This document shows positions 38,482 to 47,862 of a stretch of DNA of 64,000 nt, in pieces. The DNA is taken from contig JAJZRB010000003.1 of the NCBI GenBank assembly GCA_021806615.1, positions 2,766 to 66,765 of the forward strand. The letters are read 5' to 3'. Position 1 is the stretch's first letter. Each line of letters starts with the position of its first letter. Below the pieces are notes generated by a model. The model searched no databases. It had not been told where the DNA came from and saw nothing but the letters and a program-made list of their open reading frames with translations. A program made the position numbers and the translations under genes. Source of the stretch: a bacterium (GTDB lineage Bacteria; Patescibacteriota; Patescibacteriia; Patescibacteriales; UBA12465).

Positions 38482-38532
38482 TGAAATAAGACAAAATGCC
38501 AATAAAAGTTAAAATTCAACTTATTTAAGTAC

Positions 38533-40521
38533 CTATTTAAATTTATACAAACTCAACCCATTTAAAACTACCAACAAGGTAACGCCAACATCAGCAAAAA
38601 TAGCTAAAGATAGACTACTTAGTCCTGTAGTCGCTAAAGCTAAAAATACAAATTTTGTACCAAGGGCAAAATAGGTATTAAATTTAATTTTACTAACCGT
38701 TTTTCGACTTAATTCGACTAAGAAAGGAATAAGTTTTAAATCATCATTCATAAGGGCGATATCGGCACTTTCAATTGCTATGTCTGATCCAAGAGACCCC
38801 ATGGCAATGCCAACACTGGCAATTGCTAACGACGGTGCATCATTAACACCATCTCCAACCATCGCTACTCTAATGTTTTGCTTGGCTTTATCCGCTATTA
38901 TATTAGATTTATCTTCAGGCATTCTTTCGGAATATACTTCAGATATACCTAACGCTCGGGAAACATATTTAGCCGCCCCGTCGTTATCGCCAGTCACCAT
39001 GTAGCAGTTTATACCTAGATTTTTCAGTTTAGATATCGTTGATTTGGAATCATTCTTTATTTTATCGGACAAGGCGATTAATCCTTTAATTGTTTTTTCT
39101 CCGCCTAAAAATATCACAGTTTTTCCTTCTTTTTCCAATCTATTTTTTTCGCTTTTCATTTGCTGACTGATTTCAGTATTATCAAACTGACTTTCAATCA
39201 AGCCCATTTTCCCTAGGCAATGCCTTGTATCAGTGCAAACCGTGCAATCTCCCAGAACGCCCTCCCCCTGCATTGATTTAAAATTGTTAAACTGATGAAT
39301 TGTTACTTCTTGAGTTTTTGCTTTTTCGACAACACTTTGAGACAGAGGATGTTCAGAAAATTTCCCCAGCCCGGCAGAACAACTCAGCACTTCTTCCATC
39401 GTAAAACCGTTGAAAGGAATAATATCGGTCACTTCAGGCTTCCCGACAGTTAATGTTTTCGTCTTATCGAATCCGATCTCTTTTATTTGTGATAAATTTT
39501 CAATAATTTTGCCGCCTTTAATCAAGGCCCCTTTTTGACTGGCGTTGCCGAGTGCTGAGAATACTGAAATTGGCGTTGATATTACTAAAGCACATGGACA
39601 GGCAATAAGAAGTATAGTAAGAGATTGCACCAGCCAAAATTGAATTGAACCGCTAAAAACAAAAACTGGAATGACGAATAAAGTAATGGCAAAAATGGTT
39701 ACCGCGGGCGTATAGTAGCGCGCAAATTCTTCAATAAATTTTTGCGAATTTGCCTTTTTTTTAACCGCCTCTCCGGTCATCTGAATAATTTTATTTAATG
39801 TTGAATCCCTGGCCTCCTTCGACACCTTAATCTCTAAATAGCCACCGCTATTGACTGAGCCGGCGTAAATCTTATCACCAACCATTTTGCTTTTAGGCAA
39901 CGGTTCTCCTGTAATCATTGACTCATCAACCAGACTATCCCCCAAGACTATTTCGCCATCAAGCCCAACTTTGTCGCCCGGCCTGATGATGATAATTTCC
40001 CCAATTCTAACTTTTTCTATTTCAATTTTCTTATTACTGGACTTAAGTTCAACTGTTTTGGGGGAGCTATTTATTAAGTTTTCCAGAGCTAAACGGCTTC
40101 GTCTTATACCGTATTCTTCTAAAGCTTCCCCTAGACCGAATAAAATAACGATAATTGAGGCCTCCTCAAATTTTTGCAGAAAAATAGCCCCAATAATAGC
40201 GATACTCATTAATAAGTTGATGTCAGCAAAATTAAAATTGAACAGACTTTTAAACCCGCTCAAAAATATTTTTTTGCCAAAAATAAAAATTATGCCGATA
40301 AAAAATGGTAACTTGATCCATAAACTAAAATCAATGGAAAAAAGTGAGAGTATTTCAAGTGGGACAATAAAAAACAAGGAGATTATTAACCACCAAATTT
40401 TATTATTTTTTGTTTTTTCTTTCTTATCGCCGACTGCACTTTCTTCTTCGCAAGAGCAACCGTAAGCGTTGCAATTATCCATATATTTTCCATTAATAAA
40501 TAATCTTAATAGTGCACGCAC
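38533..40521 (-). CDS. Heavy-metal-translocating P1B-type ATPase (Zn/Cd/Co-type candidate)
   Basis: CPC in a TM helix (ACPCALVISTP), TGEP, phosphorylation motif DKTKTLT (G to K variant), and GDGVNDAP. Cys-rich N-terminus CNAYGCSCEEE. The start may be the internal MDNC at 40482. Confidence 0.85.
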   Translation of the reverse strand: MRALLRLFINGKYMDNCNAYGCSCEEESAVGDKKEKTKNNKIWWLIISLFFIVPLEILSLFSIDFSLWIKLPFFIGIIFIFGKKIFLSGFKSLFNFNFADINLLMSIAIIGAIFLQKFEEASIIVILFGLGEALEEYGIRRSRLALENLINSSPKTVELKSSNKKIEIEKVRIGEIIIIRPGDKVGLDGEIVLGDSLVDESMITGEPLPKSKMVGDKIYAGSVNSGGYLEIKVSKEARDSTLNKIIQMTGEAVKKKANSQKFIEEFARYYTPAVTIFAITLFVIPVFVFSGSIQFWLVQSLTILLIACPCALVISTPISVFSALGNASQKGALIKGGKIIENLSQIKEIGFDKTKTLTVGKPEVTDIIPFNGFTMEEVLSCSAGLGKFSEHPLSQSVVEKAKTQEVTIHQFNNFKSMQGEGVLGDCTVCTDTRHCLGKMGLIESQFDNTEISQQMKSEKNRLEKEGKTVIFLGGEKTIKGLIALSDKIKNDSKSTISKLKNLGINCYMVTGDNDGAAKYVSRALGISEVYSERMPEDKSNIIADKAKQNIRVAMVGDGVNDAPSLAIASVGIAMGSLGSDIAIESADIALMNDDLKLIPFLVELSRKTVSKIKFNTYFALGTKFVFLALATTGLSSLSLAIFADVGVTLLVVLNGLSLYKFK

Positions 40522-40820
40522 CTAGAAAGCTCCTTTGAGGTGTTGCTTAAAATTTTATCCGCAAGAGCCATAATATCTTTTATTTCTTTCATTGAAACTT
40601 GGTAGATAACTTCTTGTCCATTTTTTTTCTTTTGTACAAGCCCACATTCTAAAAGGCAGGCTAAATGAGCCGAAGTATTGGGTTGAGAAAGTTTAACTGC
40701 CTTAACAATTTCCGAAACAGTTTTTGGACTATTTATAATTGTGTTTAAAATAGCCAGTCGAGACTGGTCGGAAAAACCTTTGTATAATTTAGCTTTTATT
40801 TGTAGATTTGTTTTAGGCAT
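40506..40820 (-). CDS. ArsR/SmtB-family metalloregulator
   Basis: Winged-HTH SQPNTSAHLACLLECGLV and the LFKGFSD-type N-terminus; 104 aa. Confidence 0.8.
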   Translation of the reverse strand: MPKTNLQIKAKLYKGFSDQSRLAILNTIINSPKTVSEIVKAVKLSQPNTSAHLACLLECGLVQKKKNGQEVIYQVSMKEIKDIMALADKILSNTSKELSRCVHY

Positions 40821-40917
40821 AGTTATATAATTACATAAACATATAATTATATATTATCTCTAATAAAATTTTAAGTCAAGTGTGATTTAGATATCTGTAT
40901 ACACTTAAGCAAGTCAA

Positions 40918-41850
40918 TTAGAATATTATGAATTTATTGAGCACACTTTTGTACACTCTATAAGGTTTCGGTCCGACAAATGCTTTGCCATTGATAAACA
41001 CAGTGGGTGTTCCGTATAGATGTGTTTTTCTTAATTGATTGACCTGATTAGTCACAGCTTCTTTTGTTGCGGAGTCATTAACGCAATCATTTATTTTACT
41101 GATATCAAAATCAAAATTTTTCAATATCGTATTAATGTATTCAGACTGATAGATTTCCACTTTATCAACAGTAAATAGGTAGTCATTAAAAGACCAAAAT
41201 CTATCTCCATATTCCTTATAAACGCAATAACCGATTTCAGACAGAAAATTGGTATTTTCTTTGGCCGGATAATGGGCAAAGATATAATTGGTCTTTTTTT
41301 CTCGTACTAACTTTTGAATATCAGGATAAGCCTTTCTTGTGTAGTCACATTCATAACAACCAACCAAAACTACCGTATCTTTAGAATCGACTTGTTTAGT
41401 CGGAAAGGATGATAAGTCAACGCCGTCTAACGATACATTTTTCTCTGATTTTTCTTCAATTCCGCAAGAAGCATTTATTTCAGTCACTTTATTGTTTTCT
41501 CCCTTGGGATCGAAAGCGCAAAATCCGCTCTGGTTTAATCCATTACAACTGCCATAGAGATAATAATTATAACCACCCTTAACGACATAGAATGTACTGA
41601 CAATCATGAGAACAAAAAATATCCAGGCGAACACTTCGTAATAACGATTAAAAGCCCGGGCCAAAAAAGCCGACCGATTAAGCAGTTTGGCAACCATTTG
41701 GCTTTTTATTTTTTCTTTGAAGCCGGTATTGCACGGGCGCAATGTCACTCGCCTAAATACACAATCCAAGGCCTCCTTGGCCATTTGCCTGTGAGTCGCG
41801 CTGAAAATACCAAGTACGGAAAATATTATTAAAGCTACAATACAAATCAT
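40918..41850 (-). CDS. Membrane-anchored DsbA/thioredoxin-fold protein
   Basis: N-terminal TM segments, a CYEC (CxxC) motif and a C-terminal GTPTVFINGK typical of the DsbA fold. Confidence 0.6.
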   Translation of the reverse strand: MICIVALIIFSVLGIFSATHRQMAKEALDCVFRRVTLRPCNTGFKEKIKSQMVAKLLNRSAFLARAFNRYYEVFAWIFFVLMIVSTFYVVKGGYNYYLYGSCNGLNQSGFCAFDPKGENNKVTEINASCGIEEKSEKNVSLDGVDLSSFPTKQVDSKDTVVLVGCYECDYTRKAYPDIQKLVREKKTNYIFAHYPAKENTNFLSEIGYCVYKEYGDRFWSFNDYLFTVDKVEIYQSEYINTILKNFDFDISKINDCVNDSATKEAVTNQVNQLRKTHLYGTPTVFINGKAFVGPKPYRVYKSVLNKFIIF

Positions 41851-43052
41851 ATTATTTTCATTATTTTATTAATACCCTCAATAAAGATTTTCGCCTCCTC
41901 TAAAGTATTGTAGAAATATAGCGATACTCTGGCGGAATTATAAATTTTTTTATCATTAAACCAAGAATGAACACAGTGTTGTCCCGATCGGATCATAACA
42001 TTAGACATCTCATCGAGCATTAAGGCGAATTGGTGCATGTCCACGCCGTCAATATAAAAAGAAATTATACCTGATCTTAAGGCCGGATCACCGGGGCCGA
42101 TGATCTTTATTTTTTGCCACCTACTGATCTCATCCGTTATATATTTATTAAGTTCATATTCCTGTTTTTTTATACTATCAAATCCCACAGCTTCGAGATA
42201 TTTAACTGCTTCGCCGAGTCCGATAATTCCAGCGTAATCCTGCAGACCAGCTTCAAATTTCTCCGGCGCTTTAAGCATTTTATAATCAGTATAAGTCGAA
42301 TATTCAACCGTATTACCACCCACCATAAATGATTCGAGTGTTTCCAACAAATCATGCTTGGCATAAAACACTCCCGTGCCAGTTGGCCCAAGCATTTTAT
42401 GACCAGAAAACGCTAAAAAATCTACGTCCAAATCTTTGACATCGACTTTCTGATGCGCCACGCCTTGCGCCGCATCCAAAAAAACTAAGGCCCCATGTTC
42501 ATGAGCAGTCCTAATTATTTCCTTAGCCGGAATTGTTGTACCATCTAGATTAGAGGTTAATACCATGGCCACCAATTTGACTCCATTTATATTTTCATTG
42601 TAACTATCAAGATCAAATGTCCCATCCTCTTTTGACCTAATTATTTGATGTTTAATGCCCTTCTTTTTAACAAGCGCCTGCCATGGAACTAAATTTGAAT
42701 TATGTTCCTTGTCGGTAGCCAATACGATGTCGCCAGCCTTAAAGTCAAAAGAATTAGCCAATAGATTTATGCCCTCAGTCGTATTTCTGGTAAAAATGAT
42801 TTCATTTTCATTAGCATTGATAAAACGTGCAATGGAGATTCTTGCCTCCTTAACCTTTTGAGTCACTATCTCTCCTAATTTATGATGGCTCCGGCCGGCA
42901 CAAGCTGGATATTCATAATAATATTCATCCATTGCCTCAATTACTTGTCGAGGCTTCAAACTCATGCAAGCATTATCAAAATAAACAATTTTTTTGCCTT
43001 TTATTTCTTTGCTCAATATCGGAAAGTCATGTTGTATTTTTTTCATATCCAT
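41847..43052 (-). CDS. Class V aminotransferase / cysteine desulfurase (SufS/CsdA-like)
   Basis: SGHKMLGPTGTGV PLP-lysine motif and RSGQHC active-site Cys loop. Start set to MDMKK (43052) to avoid overlap with the upstream gene; the track start is 43091. Confidence 0.8.
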   Translation of the reverse strand: MDMKKIQHDFPILSKEIKGKKIVYFDNACMSLKPRQVIEAMDEYYYEYPACAGRSHHKLGEIVTQKVKEARISIARFINANENEIIFTRNTTEGINLLANSFDFKAGDIVLATDKEHNSNLVPWQALVKKKGIKHQIIRSKEDGTFDLDSYNENINGVKLVAMVLTSNLDGTTIPAKEIIRTAHEHGALVFLDAAQGVAHQKVDVKDLDVDFLAFSGHKMLGPTGTGVFYAKHDLLETLESFMVGGNTVEYSTYTDYKMLKAPEKFEAGLQDYAGIIGLGEAVKYLEAVGFDSIKKQEYELNKYITDEISRWQKIKIIGPGDPALRSGIISFYIDGVDMHQFALMLDEMSNVMIRSGQHCVHSWFNDKKIYNSARVSLYFYNTLEEAKIFIEGINKIMKII

Positions 43053-43069
43053 ATTTAGCCGATTAAAAA

Positions 43070-43675
43070 TTAATGCTTGCCACAACCGCAACCGCCGCCC
43101 TTAGCGGTTCCACAACTAGGACTGCCGCAATTGCCATTACAACCACCACCTTTCGGCAAATCATTGATTGAGTTGGCCGATGCCATTCCAGATGGCTGCG
43201 AACCATCTTCAGTTATTACGAACTTACCCCAAACCATTCTCATCCCGCAAGAAAATCTGACTTCATTCTCACCATAGGGGACTGAAAATTCAATAACATT
43301 TTTCCCAACCTCCAAGCTTTTCTTTATTCCTAATGATTCAATCATAATCTCATTGGTACAGCCGGTCATTTGCTTAACATCTATATTCCAGCGCACGGGA
43401 ATTCCTTTTTTGATGTAAATTACATTCGGACTATAACCATCATAAGTGAGATCCATAGACACCTCCTGAAATTTGCTTTTATCAACTGGGGCAATGTTCC
43501 TCGAGCCTGTAGAATTAACAGATTTAACAATACCAAAACCGTTAAATGCAAAAACGAATAGTGCTATCCCTATTAAAGCTAATGAAGTATAAACAAGCTT
43601 AGAGTTGCCCGCTCTCGCTCTTTCAACTATTTGATGGAGGCCTCCGCTAAATATATTTTTAATTTTATTCATCAT
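43070..43675 (-). CDS. Membrane-anchored cupredoxin-like domain protein with a Cys/Gly-rich C-terminal tail
   Basis: N-terminal TM; a beta-sandwich region (IYIKKGIPVRWNIDVKQMTGCTNEI ... FSCGMRMVWGKFVI); tail GGGCNGNCGSPSCGTAKGGGCGCGKH. Confidence 0.55.
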   Translation of the reverse strand: MMNKIKNIFSGGLHQIVERARAGNSKLVYTSLALIGIALFVFAFNGFGIVKSVNSTGSRNIAPVDKSKFQEVSMDLTYDGYSPNVIYIKKGIPVRWNIDVKQMTGCTNEIMIESLGIKKSLEVGKNVIEFSVPYGENEVRFSCGMRMVWGKFVITEDGSQPSGMASANSINDLPKGGGCNGNCGSPSCGTAKGGGCGCGKH

Positions 43676-43741
43676 ACTATTAACAATTTAGCCTGATCAA
43701 TCAGTCGGGGAACAACTCGCCCGACTGATTGAAATATATTA

Positions 43742-44761
43742 TTATTGGCCGCAACCAGCGCCCCCGGAGCCGCCTGATGGCGCCACCCCTGCACCAAATC
43801 CTGGCGTTGGAGAGTCACTGGTTAACTCAGTTGAACATTCCTTTGGAGGGTTATTGAAAGCTGAGCAAATCGACTTTAATAAGCTCTTACTATCCCGGCC
43901 GCTATTACTTTGTGCACCATTAATGACTAAGGTCGGAGAACCGCCTACGTTATATTTTTCATTATCAGCTTTAAAAATTTCAAATCCGGCATAACTACCT
44001 TTAAAGCCAGCCTTATTATTGAAATTTTCAAGTACTTTAAACTCTTTATCTGTTTTTGTGACACAACCATTTAACTTATTCTTGTCAATTTTGGCATTAC
44101 TAAGGCAACTCTCAATACCGCTATCACCATCTTTAGTAAAACATCCTAAATATGCCATATACTTATCAGATTGTTCCTTTTGGATACAGTACTGGCTCAA
44201 TTGTTCTTTGAGCTCCTTTTCGCCATGCATAGCGTAATCATTAAACTTGATTTTGAAATCAATCTTGTCTCCCAAGGCCTTTACCACCGGGATAATTCCT
44301 TTTTCCATTTGTAGGCCATAAGGGCAATGACTCATAACAAAAAGTTCAATCACCGGCTTATCTGATTTTTTTTCAACATTATCAACTACCGGGCTTGAAT
44401 CCGTGCCCCCTTTTTTTACATTGCTCTCAGTATTCTTGCCTTCAGAAATATCCATGGCCTGTGGAAAGAATCTTTTACCGTCCTTAGAAATATACGAAGG
44501 AATCTTCTGTCCGTTATAATCAACCTCTAGCTTATACATACTGCCCTCTCGACCAACAACACTAACCGTTGCCTTGCCTTGCTGTATTAATTTCGTGTTT
44601 ACATAATCGGTTGCCCTTGTTTTAATGTCTTGCTCTGAAAGCCATGATGTTTTTTCTTTCTGAGCATTAACGGAATATACTACAAATCCAGCAATGCTTG
44701 CTAATATTACCCCGGCCAGTAAACCAGTTAATACTTGTTTATTTAATATTGTTTTGTTCAT
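43742..44761 (-). CDS. Membrane-anchored thioredoxin-fold protein with a Gly/Cys C-terminal tail
   Basis: N-terminal TM, FVMSHCPYG motif, GGSPTLVINGA, and tail APSGGSGGAGCGQ. Confidence 0.5.
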   Translation of the reverse strand: MNKTILNKQVLTGLLAGVILASIAGFVVYSVNAQKEKTSWLSEQDIKTRATDYVNTKLIQQGKATVSVVGREGSMYKLEVDYNGQKIPSYISKDGKRFFPQAMDISEGKNTESNVKKGGTDSSPVVDNVEKKSDKPVIELFVMSHCPYGLQMEKGIIPVVKALGDKIDFKIKFNDYAMHGEKELKEQLSQYCIQKEQSDKYMAYLGCFTKDGDSGIESCLSNAKIDKNKLNGCVTKTDKEFKVLENFNNKAGFKGSYAGFEIFKADNEKYNVGGSPTLVINGAQSNSGRDSKSLLKSICSAFNNPPKECSTELTSDSPTPGFGAGVAPSGGSGGAGCGQ

Positions 44762-44830
44762 AAAATTTATTAATATTTAGTCAATTAAAAAACCGCCAGA
44801 GCAATAAAAAGGCAGTTTAAAACTAAAATA

Positions 44831-45211
44831 TTAATAAATTTTTGGGTGCAATACGCCCTTGGCAAACAGATCAATCAATTTGTTATACCCGCGAGAGTAA
44901 TTTCTGATAAGCGCTTTAAACCGAAAACAGAACTGCAATAATAACGAACTGCGATTAAGCAATAAGACAAAAACAAAAAATAAAAGAGACAACTGAATCA
45001 AGGTTTGGTTATCCCTAATTATGACCATTAAAAAACTTGCTCTTTCCTGTAAATGACTGCCCATGTCTTCATTAATGCAGTTTCCGTCAATACATACCTG
45101 GTTTTGTGGTGCAAAAAAACAACCATCAGGTAAACAAACTTGCTGGTTACTTATAATAACAAAAAGAGATGCTATTACAGATAAAATTGTGGCAACATAT
45201 AGCTTTTTCAT
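44831..45211 (-). CDS. Hypothetical membrane protein with a Cys-rich N-terminal region
   Basis: 126 aa with a signal/TM segment plus a second TM. No known motif. Confidence 0.35.
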   Translation of the reverse strand: MKKLYVATILSVIASLFVIISNQQVCLPDGCFFAPQNQVCIDGNCINEDMGSHLQERASFLMVIIRDNQTLIQLSLLFFVFVLLLNRSSLLLQFCFRFKALIRNYSRGYNKLIDLFAKGVLHPKIY

Positions 45212-45340
45212 TATTAATTTATCAACTAAACATTAAAACTAAACCAATCGTTTGTATTGTATTTTCACATACATTCTAACATTTTTTATATAAAACACAA
45301 AGAACTGGCTAATCGGCATTAAAAATGATTTTAATATTTA

Positions 45341-47188
45341 TTATTGTTTGCCGTAAAGCATATAGCCCGCTTCTTTTAATTTTTCTTTGCCAATCAGGTC
45401 GTCTACCAATAACGGTAATGGAACAATCGGGGCAGTGAAACGTCTGTCCATTTCCGCAAGATATTTTTCCTGCATCGCCTTTCTTTGTTTTAAGTAATCG
45501 TTGGTCACGATTGATTCGGGCAGGATGAAATTGGCCACGACAAGGCTGGTGGGAACGCCAATGGTCAAAAGCTCGTCCATTGCCCGTGACGCTTCCTCTA
45601 TAGGCGTAGATTCCGGATACATCACGAAGCTGAATGTTGTCTGATTGATGTCCTGAATCATATCGATGACTTCCTTGAAGCGCGACTTGGTAATTTTATC
45701 CACTTCTGTTTCGCCGGTTGAGGTAAAGGTTTTGATTTCTATCTGCTTACTCCAGTCAATAGGCAATTCAAGAAGGCGCAACGTGTGACCAGTCGGGGCA
45801 GTGTCAAAAACGATCACCTCGAAATCTTTTCGGGTGGCAAAATCAATAAATTTCTCAAAAGTGGCCATTTCTTCCGTGCAAGGAGAATTGAGTTCCTCCT
45901 CAATAGCCGTGATTCTTTGGGCGTCATATTTTTTTCGCGCTTCAACAAGAATTTTCTCTTTATATTCATTTGTAGCCTTAACCGGATCAATGCGGCTTGC
46001 CCATAATTTTTTCTCCCCGTTAATGAGAGTCGGCTGGTCGGATACATCCTGCTCAAATATCTGGCTCAAATGAGAGGCAGGGTCAGTCGTCAAAAGCAAG
46101 GTCTTGTATCCCTGCTCGGCAATCCAAAGAGCGGTTGCTGCTGCTACCGACGTTTTCCCGACGCCTCCCTTGCCGGCGAAAAATATCGTGCGGCGTTTAC
46201 TGTCATTGGGTGATAAAAGTGATTTAATTCTCTCATCTATGGCCGGAAAATTATTTGTACCAGTGTCAGCGCCCCTATCAATTTTGACCGGGGTGTAATC
46301 TTTTAGGTTTATTGGCGCTTCATAAAGTTTTTTACCGAGCTTGGCCAATTGTTCTTTGCCTTTGATTTCCTGCGGTTCAAGCTCAATAAGAGTTATAGGA
46401 ACAGAAAACTTATTTTTAATCAGCTCCAAAAATTCCTGCTGTTTAGCAAAACGTGCCAGCATAAATGGATTATCGCAGGCGCTTTGAGGATAGATGCCGT
46501 TGATGATGAGTTCTTGCGAAATTATCTTGAGTTTCAAAAGCTCGGCGATTGAGCGTTCTGCTTCATAAATTGGGGTAACTTCGGGACGCAGGACAAAAAT
46601 AAAGGTAGTCCTGGATGTGTCCCTCATGACTTCAATGGCTTTGTCGAATTTCGCTTTCGATTCGGCAAGCGCGGCGGCCGGGCCGATGCAGGTTTGTCCG
46701 CCATCTCCTTCCTTGGCCGCTTTTTCTATCACACCACTCCATTCTACGGGCAATTCCAAAAGTCGGAGGGTATGGCCGGTCGGAGCCGTATCAAAAATAA
46801 CCACATCATATTCCGGCTCTTGCAAAAAATCCGTGAAGCGGTCAAAGGCGGCCATTTCCGCCGTGCATGGCGAATTCAATTGCTCCTCCAAAACCGCAAA
46901 GCTCTCAACGGGAATCAGTCCGCGGAGAGGAGAGAGCGTCCGTTCCTTGTATTCGGCTGTCGCAACATCAGGATCGAGCTCCATTGCTAATAGATTTGGC
47001 ACGCCGTTAATGTCCGTAACCTTATGGCCAATTTTTTGTTCAAAAACATCGGCTAAATTTGAAGCCGGATCGGTGGTGATAATAAGCGTCTTTTTGCCCT
47101 GGCCGGCAAAATACATAGCGCTTGAGGCGGCCATTGTGGTTTTGCCAACGCCACCCTTTCCCGAAAAGAAATAAAATTTTGTATTCAT
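45341..47188 (-). CDS. arsA: Arsenite/antimonite-stimulated ATPase ArsA (two-domain form)
   Basis: Duplicated GKGGVGKTT/S P-loops and duplicated DTAPTGHTLRLLELP signal-transduction motifs; 615 aa. Confidence 0.9.
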   Translation of the reverse strand: MNTKFYFFSGKGGVGKTTMAASSAMYFAGQGKKTLIITTDPASNLADVFEQKIGHKVTDINGVPNLLAMELDPDVATAEYKERTLSPLRGLIPVESFAVLEEQLNSPCTAEMAAFDRFTDFLQEPEYDVVIFDTAPTGHTLRLLELPVEWSGVIEKAAKEGDGGQTCIGPAAALAESKAKFDKAIEVMRDTSRTTFIFVLRPEVTPIYEAERSIAELLKLKIISQELIINGIYPQSACDNPFMLARFAKQQEFLELIKNKFSVPITLIELEPQEIKGKEQLAKLGKKLYEAPINLKDYTPVKIDRGADTGTNNFPAIDERIKSLLSPNDSKRRTIFFAGKGGVGKTSVAAATALWIAEQGYKTLLLTTDPASHLSQIFEQDVSDQPTLINGEKKLWASRIDPVKATNEYKEKILVEARKKYDAQRITAIEEELNSPCTEEMATFEKFIDFATRKDFEVIVFDTAPTGHTLRLLELPIDWSKQIEIKTFTSTGETEVDKITKSRFKEVIDMIQDINQTTFSFVMYPESTPIEEASRAMDELLTIGVPTSLVVANFILPESIVTNDYLKQRKAMQEKYLAEMDRRFTAPIVPLPLLVDDLIGKEKLKEAGYMLYGKQ

Positions 47189-47190
47189 AG

Positions 47191-47496
47191 TTATTTATTG
47201 ATAAAAGTTTCGAACTCTTTCAGTGTCGGGTATGCGCCGGTTTTAACAACTTTCCCGTCGCAAGTGGTGATCGGCAGGGCTTTTAATTGCTGTTCCTGAA
47301 TGAGCCTTATGATTTCCGGATTATCCTTGAACGCCTGCGGGCTCTGGGTAATGAGGTAGCGTTCGACTTCCGCACCCATATTTCTAATTTTTTCCAATGT
47401 ATCTTGAAGATTAATAAGCGCCTGATCAGGATTCGGACCGCATACGCCGGACGAACAGCACATTGGAGGATCATAAATAACAAATTTATTTTTCAT
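47191..47496 (-). CDS. arsD: Arsenical resistance metallochaperone/repressor ArsD
   Basis: N-terminal YDPPMCCSSGVCGP motif and thioredoxin-like fold size (101 aa). Directly upstream of arsA. Confidence 0.85.
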   Translation of the reverse strand: MKNKFVIYDPPMCCSSGVCGPNPDQALINLQDTLEKIRNMGAEVERYLITQSPQAFKDNPEIIRLIQEQQLKALPITTCDGKVVKTGAYPTLKEFETFINK

Positions 47497-47542
47497 ATTA
47501 TTGGATATTAATTAATAAAAAATTTATAGCCTAGAGATAAAA

Positions 47543-47830
47543 CTACCCGCAACAACCATTATTATCCTTTTTATCGCCGCAACATTTGGAATTATTTTGA
47601 TTTGGCTGACATTTTATATTGCCAGCACTGCCACCACCACAACACCCACCAGAACTATAGCTGGCGGCAAGATTTTTTATAAAATCAAGGGTAGAGATAT
47701 TTTGTTTAATTTCTTTTGACCCACATTTTGGACAAATAAATTTTTTACCCCCTTCTTCTTTTTCTTGCAATGTTGCTTCGATGTCAAAAACATTCCCGCA
47801 ATTTTGACATTGATAACTATATGTTGGCAT
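47543..47830 (-). CDS. FmdB-family zinc-ribbon protein with a Cys-rich C-terminal tail
   Basis: MPTYSYQCQNCG...CPKCGS zinc ribbon; tail GGCCGGGSAGNIKCQPNQNNSKCCGDKKDNNGCCG. Confidence 0.65.
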   Translation of the reverse strand: MPTYSYQCQNCGNVFDIEATLQEKEEGGKKFICPKCGSKEIKQNISTLDFIKNLAASYSSGGCCGGGSAGNIKCQPNQNNSKCCGDKKDNNGCCG

Positions 47831-47862
47831 ATTTTTTGATAAATTATTTATTATTTAAAAAT

